From Candidatus Saccharibacteria bacterium UBA6039 (GTDB taxonomy: Bacteria; Patescibacteriota; Saccharimonadia; Saccharimonadales; Saccharimonadaceae): a stretch of DNA of 64,000 nt. Both the position numbers and the translations under genes were made by a program. Location of the stretch: positions 804 to 64,803 of the forward strand of contig DIZB01000030.1 in assembly GCA_002427805.1 (NCBI GenBank). The letters run 5' to 3'. Within the stretch, counting starts at the first letter, position 1. Every line of letters begins with the position of its first letter. The notes under the pieces are model-generated. The model searched no databases and was not told the DNA's origin. It worked only from the letters and a program-made list of their open reading frames with translations. Below are positions 1-7,425 of this stretch, piece after piece.

Positions 1-1151
1 AAGTGCGAGAATTCTTCAGCTTGTTTATAGCGGGCAAGCAATTTAAATAGCGTTCCCGATAGCCTTTTTTGACGAACAGTTTGTGCTTGACCACCGACAC
101 GTGAGACGGATAGACCGGCATTAACAGCTGGTCGATTGCCTTGACGAAAGACGCCAAGATCCAAGATGATTTGTCCGTCGGTAATAGACATAATACTGGT
201 TGAAAGATAGGCGGTGATATCGTCGTTTGGTGTGAGGACGACCGGAAGTGATGTGAGCGTTTTGCCATTTTTGAGTAACTTACCAGCACGCTCCAATAAA
301 CTTGAATGGGCATAAAAAATATCACCCGGATACGAATCACGACCCGGATCTACTTCTTGGAGGAGTGAAAGTTGGCGGTAGGCTTCAGCGTGGCTTGAAA
401 GGTCGTCGTAAATAACCACTACATCTTCACCACCGTACCACAAGTGTTCCGCCATGGCACAAGCGGCATACGGTGCTAAATACGACTGAGCGAGGGAGTC
501 AAAAATATCAGCTAGTACCACGATGGTGTGATCCATCGCACCAGACGAACGCAAACCAGCAAGAAGCTGCTCGATATCAACTTTACGCTTCCCAATCAAC
601 ACATACACCACAATGCGGTCGGTGCCTTCTTGGTTGGCGCTCAGTTGGCTCAAAAACGTACTTTTACCAGACTTACTGTCACCTAAGATCGCAATACGTT
701 GGCCAAGTACGACAGGGAAGAACATATCGACAGCTGTGACGCCACTGGCGAGCTGTTCGTTGAGCATGCTGCGGGCCATAATGCCTGGTGCCGGGTTAAA
801 AATACCCGAGGTTGCAGTTGTTTTAATCGGCCCCTTGCCGTCGAGGGGTATCCCCATTGGGTTAACCACGCGACCAACAAGGCCCTTACCCACAGGAACG
901 TTCAAGATATCTTCTTGTACAACAGCAAGGGTGCCTGGGGCCATTTTCTCTGAGTCAATGTTATATAAGATTACTTTGTCGCCATATGCTTCACGCACCA
1001 AGCCATGTTGGCCGTCTTCAAATAGCACTCGCGACCCAAGCCGCACACCCTCAAGGCCCTTCACCTCAATGATGAAGCTATTGACGGCTATTACTTCGCC
1101 AGTAAGATTATCGGCTTCAACCAGACGTTGAAAGGTTTGGTTATTAAACAC
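1..1151 (-). CDS. atpA: F1 ATP synthase alpha subunit, first ~383 codons (3' end beyond the left edge)
   Basis: Not in the ORF track because no stop lies inside the window. My translation of the minus strand from GTG 1151-1149 gives [58 protein letters not shown] (P-loop)..[59 protein letters not shown], collinear with alpha subunits. GAGG lies ~10 nt upstream. The gene directly follows atpF-atpH. Confidence 0.9.
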   Translation of the reverse strand, partial: MFNNQTFQRLVEADNLTGEVIAVNSFIIEVKGLEGVRLGSRVLFEDGQHGLVREAYGDKVILYNIDSEKMAPGTLAVVQEDILNVPVGKGLVGRVVNPMGIPLDGKGPIKTTATSGIFNPAPGIMARSMLNEQLASGVTAVDMFFPVVLGQRIAILGDSKSGKSTFLSQLSANQEGTDRIVVYVLIGKRKVDIEQLLAGLRSSGAMDHTIVVLADIFDSLAQSYLAPYAACAMAEHLWYGGEDVVVIYDDLSSHAEAYRQLSLLQEVDPGRDSYPGDIFYAHSSLLERAGKLLKNGKTLTSLPVVLTPNDDITAYLSTSIMSITDGQIILDLGVFRQGNRPAVNAGLSVSRVGGQAQTVRQKRLSGTLFKLLARYKQAEEFSH

Positions 1152-1668
1152 GACGCAGTACCTCAGGGAATGCATCACGCGCTGCGAGCAGCTGACGGCG
1201 GAACGACCAATCGTACACGTGGCTACCAAATCGAACCACCATACCACCGAGGATCGTAGCGTTAAACTGGAAGGTTACTAAAATGTCCGACGCGATATTT
1301 TTGCGGCACCAGCCGACAAGCGTTGCTTTAATATCGTTTGTCGGTGGAGCGGGCAGGGTAATTGTAATCGTCGGTGCTTTGTCGCCGTAACGTTCGAGTT
1401 CTTTAATAAGCTCATCAAGCCGGTGAGAGGTGAGCGTTTCTTTGGCGCTCCATTCGTGAATCAACTGCGCAGCACCTGGCGTTGTCGCGGGTGGAATGGA
1501 CGTATGCTTTACACTGATACGCTTTTTAATTGCCTCATGCGCAAACCAACGTGCGTATTCTTTGACTTCGCGTTGTAGCGCCGTGACGTCTTGCTGTGAG
1601 CCGACGCTATTTGGCAAACTAAGCTTCATCGTTAATCTCTTTAGCGAAGTCGGCCTTGTGCTCTTCAA
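1144..1668 (-). CDS. atpH: F1 ATP synthase delta (OSCP) subunit
   Basis: 174-aa ORF between the b-like and alpha genes, overlapping the atpA start by 8 nt. The C-terminus [25 protein letters not shown] resembles the conserved delta C-terminal block. Starting at Met 1629 would remove most of the 50-nt overlap with atpF. Confidence 0.75.
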   Translation of the reverse strand: MKSTRPTSLKRLTMKLSLPNSVGSQQDVTALQREVKEYARWFAHEAIKKRISVKHTSIPPATTPGAAQLIHEWSAKETLTSHRLDELIKELERYGDKAPTITITLPAPPTNDIKATLVGWCRKNIASDILVTFQFNATILGGMVVRFGSHVYDWSFRRQLLAARDAFPEVLRRV

Positions 1669-2263
1669 GCATGCTCGTCAGGTAGGCACTTTGACTGCCA
1701 AGATCTACATTGTGTTGCAACGTTTCAATCAGGAATGAAGCCACGGCGTCACCAAGCTTCGTGTCGATCTGGTCAAGAAGGCGCTGCTTTTCGGCAGTTA
1801 TTTCTTCGTTTAGCTTCGCTTCGAGCTCGGTCTGACGAGCTGATAGCTTTGCTTTAATATCTGTCTGATGAGCGGCAATATCGGCGTTACCACCTGCTAC
1901 TGTTTCCTCGGTTTGCATGCGGAGTGTTTCAAGGCTTGCTTTGTAGCGCTGCATCTCGCTTGTCACCAGCTCAACACCAAGCTTATCGAGTTGTGATATG
2001 AGTTTTTCGGCTGTCGATTTTAGGTCTGTCTCCAGTTCACTCGCCGAGTGATCAAGCACCTTCTGGAAGTTACTCTGAGCAACACCTAGCAGTTTTTGGC
2101 GCACATCTGCAGGTAAGTGAACTGTTTGATCAACTGGGTGGGGTTTTTTCTCTTCTGGGTGGGGTCTGAAATGTGCAAGCGCATGGTAGGCGGCAATGGT
2201 AGCAAGTATGCCGGCGAGAAAGACGGTGATGATGAGGAAAATTTGTAAAAATAATGTATTCAT
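1619..2263 (-). CDS. atpF: Fo ATP synthase b subunit (long form)
   Basis: One N-terminal TM helix (LFLQIFLIITVFLAGILATIAAY) followed by ~170 aa of charged Ala/Glu/Lys/Leu-rich helix. It sits immediately upstream of atpH. The assignment rests on architecture and position only. Confidence 0.6.
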   Translation of the reverse strand: MNTLFLQIFLIITVFLAGILATIAAYHALAHFRPHPEEKKPHPVDQTVHLPADVRQKLLGVAQSNFQKVLDHSASELETDLKSTAEKLISQLDKLGVELVTSEMQRYKASLETLRMQTEETVAGGNADIAAHQTDIKAKLSARQTELEAKLNEEITAEKQRLLDQIDTKLGDAVASFLIETLQHNVDLGSQSAYLTSMLEEHKADFAKEINDEA

Positions 2264-2267
2264 AGAG

Positions 2268-3110
2268 TTAAAGCTTCGTTAGGATTAAATAAATTGCCAC
2301 GAATCCAACTGCTAGTATACCAAGCACAAGCGCTGACATTTGGATAAGGTCTCGATAAATTGCAGATTGCGACAGTGGGTTACGGCCAACGGAGATGATG
2401 CTGTTTCGCACCATCGAGAAAATGATACTCACAGCGACGATAATGGTAACGAGGAACACGCCGGCACTAATCAAGATTGGCACGGTACTGACTGATCGAC
2501 CAGCTAGGGCATTAGCGATTGTTTGCACTACCGACGGAATGAGCGTTTTGTCTGGTTGTTTGAAGTAGTTCGATACATTCACGAGCACGGGTACTTGGCC
2601 GAGTAGCACTGTTTGTGCATGACCGTCTTTGTCGCTGTAGGTTTCGCTGCTGCCATTTTTTTCGTTGAGGTCGCCTTGGGCGATGCCAATTACACGCACG
2701 TTACTGGTTGCTTTCATGCCAACACCACTAATGGGTGAGGCGGTAATATAGTCACCTTGGGCGATGTTGCCGTTAATCGTTGAAACGAGAATTTCGAGCG
2801 TGCCAGTGGTCGCAACCTGTACTTCATTGTCTTTGCCGTTCGTGATTGAGAGCGACGAATTATCGGCATTGACCACGATACCAAGTAGGTTATCGACGTT
2901 ATTACTAGCAGCGAGTATCACCTTATCCGAAGTATTATTCTGCAAGCTGACAATCGAGTTAAGCGGTAGGGCTTCAGTCGATGTATAGCTTTGTGACAAG
3001 AACGTATCAGCCTTGGCGGTGTGCGTGAACCCAATAGCCAGAAGCAAGATACTTGCCACGACGAAAAACCCTGGCGTGCGGGTCATTGTGGTATGCGCTA
3101 TCTTGCCCAA
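2268..3110 (-). CDS. exported protein with a C-terminal two-helix membrane hairpin, 4 nt upstream of atpF (function unknown)
   Basis: The track ORF starts at TTG 3110. ATG 3086 gives a classic signal peptide, MTRTPGFFVVASILLLAIGFTHTAKA/DTF. A ~190-aa Ser/Thr/Asn/Gly-rich ectodomain is followed by two TM helices joined by the polar loop GRNPLSQ (..ILISAGVFLVTIIVAVSIIFSMV..LIQMSALVLGILAVGFVAIYLIL). Confidence 0.7.
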   Translation of the reverse strand: MGKIAHTTMTRTPGFFVVASILLLAIGFTHTAKADTFLSQSYTSTEALPLNSIVSLQNNTSDKVILAASNNVDNLLGIVVNADNSSLSITNGKDNEVQVATTGTLEILVSTINGNIAQGDYITASPISGVGMKATSNVRVIGIAQGDLNEKNGSSETYSDKDGHAQTVLLGQVPVLVNVSNYFKQPDKTLIPSVVQTIANALAGRSVSTVPILISAGVFLVTIIVAVSIIFSMVRNSIISVGRNPLSQSAIYRDLIQMSALVLGILAVGFVAIYLILTKL

Positions 3111-3209
3111 TCCTATCTTCTTTATAGCGGTATTCCTCTAATGCTTGATTATAGCAATAATCCTTATGCCTTGCCACCTCAATTGTGCTACGCTTAAAGA
3201 GAGGAATAA

Positions 3210-3326
3210 ATGGGAAAATCTATGCGTAAAAATCGCCAAAAACAAGCCGGATTTACACTTCTTGAGCTACTCATCATCATTGTCGCCATTATTATCACCG
3301 TCGTTATTATTATTTCGCTCAAGTAG
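3210..3326 (+). CDS. helix-only prepilin-like mini-ORF (38 aa), possibly a pilin remnant
   Basis: Below the track size cut-off. GAGAGG (3199-3204) lies 5 nt before ATG 3210. Translation is MGKSMRKNRQKQAG/FTLLELLIIIVAIIITVVIIISLK*: a basic leader plus the G/FTLLE class III (prepilin peptidase) motif with Glu at +5. The ORF stops right after the hydrophobic helix. Confidence 0.45.
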   Translation: MGKSMRKNRQKQAGFTLLELLIIIVAIIITVVIIISLK

Positions 3327-3372
3327 CTTAATATTCAGCTTATCTTCAAGTTGCCTATGCTAGAGTAGCTCT

Positions 3373-3897
3373 ATGCAATCATCGAGTACAAACACACCAA
3401 AAGTTATTGGATCACTCGCCGTCGCGGTTGTCCTGGGAGTTGGCGGCTTCCTGTTTATTAGTGGCGCCACAGCAAAACCATCGGGTAGTCTTACGAGCAC
3501 CAGCACTTCATCAACTTCATCGTCGCAGTCGACGCCAGCTGCAAGTACGGTTGCCTCAACGACTTCGACCACGCCTGTGGCAGCATCATCGAGCTCCTCG
3601 GGCTATAAAGACGGCACCTACAACGCAACCAGCAGCTACTATGTTCCTGGTGGACAAAATAGCCTTGCAGTGACACTTACCATTAGTGGCGGTACGGTGA
3701 CTGATGTAAAAACCAGCAGTACGGTCGATAGTTATCAATCACAACGCTACGTTGACAGCTTCAATTCGAGCATTAGCTCGGCTGTCGTAGGCTCGACTCT
3801 CGATAATGCATCCCAAAGCCGCGTTGGAGGCGCATCTCTCACAACGAGCGCGTTTGATGACGCATTGAGTACAATCACAAACAATGCCAAAGCCTAA
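3373..3897 (+). CDS. membrane-anchored extracytoplasmic FMN-binding domain protein
   Basis: N-terminal TM anchor (IGSLAVAVVLGVGGFLFISG), then a Ser/Thr-rich linker. The remainder, YKDGTYNATSSYYVPGG..LAVTLTISGGTVTDV..SRVGGASLTTSAFDDAL, matches the FMN_bind pattern, including the GA[S/T] flavinylation-site region. Confidence 0.75.
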   Translation: MQSSSTNTPKVIGSLAVAVVLGVGGFLFISGATAKPSGSLTSTSTSSTSSSQSTPAASTVASTTSTTPVAASSSSSGYKDGTYNATSSYYVPGGQNSLAVTLTISGGTVTDVKTSSTVDSYQSQRYVDSFNSSISSAVVGSTLDNASQSRVGGASLTTSAFDDALSTITNNAKA

Positions 3898-4723
3898 CAT
3901 TGAGTTCGAATCACTTGGCACGCATTGGTGGATTGAGATCCTTGACGACGAGCCAGATGCAGACGTTGAACGGTTGATTTTAAAACGAATACGCGCCTTT
4001 CACGACGATTATTCTCGGTTTATTCCAAAGTCATTCATTGGCAGGCTTAATACAATGAAGTCTCTCAAGAACCCACCTCAAGAGCTCGTTGATATGCTTA
4101 TTTTTGCCCGCGATATGTTCACGGCCAGCGAAGGTATATTTAATATTTCGGTTAGTAGTACGCTTGGCCAGCTGGGCTACGGCACGGCCGATGCGAAGTC
4201 ACGGATTCACACATCACTTTGGGACCACGTGACGATGAGCAACAGGGAGATTACAATTCCTGAAAATGTCGAAATTGATCTTGGCGGCTTTGGAAAAGGC
4301 TGGATAATTGATGAGATCGGTAAGATTTTACGAGATAATAACCGTCCACATTTTATTATCAATGGTGGCGGCGATATTCTAGTCAGCTCGCTTGAGCCAA
4401 TTGAGATCGTCTTGGAGCACCCACTTGATAGTTCTCTCATGATCGGCTCAACCAAAATAAGTCACGGTGCCCTAGGGGTGAGCTCTACCAAAAAGCGCAT
4501 CTGGAAACAAGGTGATATAACCTACCATCACATTATCGATCCACGCATTAAGGCACCGAGCGAATCCGATATTGCAGCAACGTTTGTGAAGGCAGACACA
4601 GCACTCATTGCCGATACACTCGCAACAGTTCTGTTGATTGACCCAACTCAGGATATCAAACTAACCAAAGCGTACGCCCTACAAACAATCCTTATTCGGG
4701 AAGATCAATTAGCTAGTACGTAA
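3884..4723 (+). CDS. apbE: FAD:protein FMN transferase (ApbE family)
   Basis: ApbE blocks are present: IDLGGFGKGWIIDEIG, INGGGDILV, VSSTKKRIW..ITYHHIIDPRIKAP, TALIADTLATVLL. The gene overlaps the FMN-binding gene by 14 nt. No signal peptide or lipobox is visible at the N-terminus. Confidence 0.88.
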   Translation: MPKPNIEFESLGTHWWIEILDDEPDADVERLILKRIRAFHDDYSRFIPKSFIGRLNTMKSLKNPPQELVDMLIFARDMFTASEGIFNISVSSTLGQLGYGTADAKSRIHTSLWDHVTMSNREITIPENVEIDLGGFGKGWIIDEIGKILRDNNRPHFIINGGGDILVSSLEPIEIVLEHPLDSSLMIGSTKISHGALGVSSTKKRIWKQGDITYHHIIDPRIKAPSESDIAATFVKADTALIADTLATVLLIDPTQDIKLTKAYALQTILIREDQLAST

Positions 4724-6017
4724 ACTCCTCGGTATGAATTTGCTCAGCTGGTACGTTGAGTTCGAGTAGTGCAAGCACTGTTACTTCCATCATCTTCGCT
4801 GGCCCACACAGGAAGTAGTGGTAGGCATGAGGGTCGCGTAAATACTTTGTAAAAAGTTCGGCGCGCATATAGCCATGTTCTGCCTGGGCAGAGGCGTCGT
4901 TACTCAGGACTGGCACGAAATGGTCGCCAAGTTTTGCCTGCAGCGTACCTGCAAAGGCGCCCGAGGCATTCGTACGGTTGGCATAAAATAGCCACTGTTC
5001 TTCGGCGGTATCAGTCAGGATATGGTCAACAAACGGCGTAATGCCAATGCCTCCAGCGACATAGACCACGGGAGTGGCCGGGTAGTCGACGAGTTCTTCT
5101 GTAAACACGCCATATGGCCCATCAACGAAGATTGTTGTACCAGCCGGTTGCCTACTTAGTTTTTTTGTAAAGCGACCAAATTTTTTATATGCGACCGTTA
5201 GTTGTCCATTCGCCTGGTCCTGTTGCAAGATCGAGAAGGGATGGCCTTCACCAAGTAGGTTCATCTGAAGATACAAAAACTGACCCCTAAAATGTGACAT
5301 GCGCTCTGGTTGGTTCGGCGTGAGTGTGAGGTACATAATTTCATCCGTGGCGGCTTGTTGTGACTTAATACTGTAGCTTAGCTTTCCCTTCATAAAGAGG
5401 TGCCTAAAGCGCAGTAAGCTAAATACTACCCATACGATTGTCGCCACAAAGAAGTAAAACTTTGCACCTTTTTCGCTCCCAAAAGCAGTTCCGATGGTCG
5501 GGATGTGAATCAGTGCAAATGGCAGGGCAAGGTAAGCAACGTAGTGAATATATTTCCATGGTCGGTAGACAATGGCGCCTCGTACGATAGCGGATGTGAG
5601 CCACACAATCAGTAGGGCATATAGTGCAAATCTCCCCCATGTGACGTAGATTTCATACGACGTTGAGAGGTTAGGCACGAATGTGTAGAGAATGACATTT
5701 TGGCCATAGGCAAGTGCTGCGGCGATAGGATGAGCGAAGATAAATACAACTCCATATGTACCAAGCCATTTATGGAGCTTCATAACCGATGCCATGTCGC
5801 GGAAGTAAAGGCCTATAACCGACTTTGTTCCTAGTACGTACATCCAGAGGAGTAGTACGATACCTAGGTATCCAAGGACCGATGAGGCATAGAGCATCAA
5901 AGAGGGGGCGCTCGTAAAAAGTTGCATGCTAATTTGCGACGTAAACGGTAAAGGCAAAATAGTAAGAACTATTAGGCCGATAAGCAATCGGTATTTGTTT
6001 TGTTCTGTCATCTTCAT
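4713..6017 (-). CDS. NOX/ferric-reductase-family transmembrane flavocytochrome (6-TM bis-heme domain plus FAD/NAD(P)H dehydrogenase domain)
   Basis: Heme-ligand pairs are HKWLGTYGVVFIFAH (H-x13-H) and HYVAYLALPFALIH (H-x12-H). The FAD motif is HPFSI, the NAD(P)H motif is VAGGIGITPF, and FLCGP is near the C-terminus. At 434 aa it has the compact bacterial NOX-like size. Confidence 0.85.
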   Translation of the reverse strand: MKMTEQNKYRLLIGLIVLTILPLPFTSQISMQLFTSAPSLMLYASSVLGYLGIVLLLWMYVLGTKSVIGLYFRDMASVMKLHKWLGTYGVVFIFAHPIAAALAYGQNVILYTFVPNLSTSYEIYVTWGRFALYALLIVWLTSAIVRGAIVYRPWKYIHYVAYLALPFALIHIPTIGTAFGSEKGAKFYFFVATIVWVVFSLLRFRHLFMKGKLSYSIKSQQAATDEIMYLTLTPNQPERMSHFRGQFLYLQMNLLGEGHPFSILQQDQANGQLTVAYKKFGRFTKKLSRQPAGTTIFVDGPYGVFTEELVDYPATPVVYVAGGIGITPFVDHILTDTAEEQWLFYANRTNASGAFAGTLQAKLGDHFVPVLSNDASAQAEHGYMRAELFTKYLRDPHAYHYFLCGPAKMMEVTVLALLELNVPAEQIHTEEFTY

Positions 6018-6174
6018 TTATGATACATCGAGATGACTGAGATACAACTTAAATATGACACCTGATCGTTCAATACATACAGTAGTTCTACGATTGATTT
6101 ATCGCATAGTCTAGCTTATGATTAGAGAGATACATATTGCTCAAAAAATAGGGTGATATATAGGGGTACTGCGA

Positions 6175-6375
6175 GTGATACATGGTGAGTTACTAACTAA
6201 ACTGCGCGACCAGGAAATGGATCGTAGAGCCTTCTTGAAATATAGCGGTTTATTCCTCATTAGTCTGACCGGTTTCAGAATCATTGCGACACTCATTGAA
6301 GCTGATCAGAAAAAGAATCAGGATACCAGCGCACAGAAAATAGGCTTTGGCAGTGGAAAGTACGGATCTCGCTAG
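6175..6375 (+). CDS. small protein consisting of little more than a twin-arginine signal peptide
   Basis: MDRRAFLKYSGLFLISLTGF matches the RRxFLK Tat consensus followed by an h-region. The internal Met at 6217 would begin exactly at MDRRAFLK. Only ~30 aa follow the signal. Confidence 0.5.
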   Translation: MIHGELLTKLRDQEMDRRAFLKYSGLFLISLTGFRIIATLIEADQKKNQDTSAQKIGFGSGKYGSR

Positions 6376-6377
6376 TC

Positions 6378-6887
6378 ATGGCCGATCAACGACTTCCAAC
6401 GGTAAATAGCGACGATGGCGTATGGGGCGATGAACTTAATAATTTTTTAGGTAAAGAGCATTACAACGCGGATACTAACTACACTTCGACATCAAAAAAC
6501 GGTGGGCACAAGACCATCACGATTCAGCCAGGGACCGCGACGGCGGGTACAGCTCCGCTTAAATTTACCGCTGGCACCTTACTAACAACTGCTGAGGCTG
6601 GAGCGGTCGAATTTAATGCTGATAAACTCTATGTTACCACCAGTACTCCAACCCGCAAGACGCTTGCATCATATGATGATACATCTGGCGCTACAGGTGA
6701 TATGTATTATCGCGATGTAAGTGGCAATTTTATTCGGTTGCCACTAGGATCAAGTGGCCAATCTCTTGTCGTTAATAGTGGCATACCATCCTGGCAGACC
6801 ACATTCTCTGGTATGACAAAACTGAGCGTTGGAACAACTGCTCCCACATCACCAGCAACGGGCGATTTGTGGGTCGACACAACATAA
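6378..6887 (+). CDS. hypothetical protein with phage-tail-fibre-like sequence motifs
   Basis: 169 aa with no signal peptide. Motifs are N-terminal LPTVNSDDGVWGDELNNFL, AGAVEFNADKLYVT, and LGSSGQSLVVNSGIPSWQT. As I recall, these short motifs recur in actinophage minor tail/tail fibre proteins. Confidence 0.55.
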   Translation: MADQRLPTVNSDDGVWGDELNNFLGKEHYNADTNYTSTSKNGGHKTITIQPGTATAGTAPLKFTAGTLLTTAEAGAVEFNADKLYVTTSTPTRKTLASYDDTSGATGDMYYRDVSGNFIRLPLGSSGQSLVVNSGIPSWQTTFSGMTKLSVGTTAPTSPATGDLWVDTT

Positions 6888-6900
6888 TATTTAAAGGCGC

Positions 6901-7425
6901 TTGATGATACCAATACGAAATATTACGGATTCAAAAGGATATATCAGTTCAGTCTATCCTGCAACTGCCTATCTTACGTTTGGGCCATGGATTTACCTGG
7001 TGCCACAATATGTTCCAAAGAGTGTTTTGATGTTGGGATATGCAGGCGGGACGACGGCCGGCCTCATACGTTTGTTTTACGGCGACGTGCCAATTACTGG
7101 GGTCGATATTGAAGATTGCGAGGATTTTTATAATGTTAACCTCGTCAAAGCCGATGCGCGGGATTATATAAAAACCTGTGAGTCGTTTGACACCGTGATC
7201 GTTGACATGTTTGATGATGGCGATTTATCGCAAAGCAAATTTATATATGAGCAGGATTTTGTGGATAGTTTGAAGCAAAAAGCGAATTACATTATCGTCC
7301 ATACCAACACCAGCGCAGATATGTCGGCTTATGATGGGATTCAGCTCATCAAAACGCTCGATCTCAACGACGCTCGTTTTTATTACTATATGGTAAACGA
7401 TATACCAACCTTACCAATACGATGA
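6901..7425 (+). CDS. class I SAM-methyltransferase / spermidine-synthase-like fold protein
   Basis: VLMLGYAGGTTAGLI (Gly-rich motif I), PITGVDIED, VKADARDYI and FDTVIVDMFDD follow the spacing typical of spermidine-synthase-like enzymes. First codon is TTG 6901, with ATG at 6904. Confidence 0.55.
   Translation: MMIPIRNITDSKGYISSVYPATAYLTFGPWIYLVPQYVPKSVLMLGYAGGTTAGLIRLFYGDVPITGVDIEDCEDFYNVNLVKADARDYIKTCESFDTVIVDMFDDGDLSQSKFIYEQDFVDSLKQKANYIIVHTNTSADMSAYDGIQLIKTLDLNDARFYYYMVNDIPTLPIR

Noticed and set aside
473-1131. Three plus-strand ORFs in the track (473-739, 613-1131, 699-953)
   Set aside because: They lie antisense to an uninterrupted minus-strand frame with unmistakable ATP synthase alpha-subunit sequence. 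They have no RBS or promoter and a low-complexity, Arg/Ser/Pro/Thr-rich composition typical of antisense frames.
3145-3363. 72-aa plus-strand ORF (Ser/Leu-rich tail)
   Set aside because: TTG start without an RBS, and the second half is low-complexity SSSLSPLLSPSLLLF. The overlapping frame at 3210 has an SD and a textbook prepilin motif, so that frame is preferred.
3360-3676. ORFs 3360-3572(-), 3407-3673(+) and 3491-3676(-)
   Set aside because: Alternative frames of the Ser/Thr-linker region of the FMN-binding gene; they are composition artefacts.
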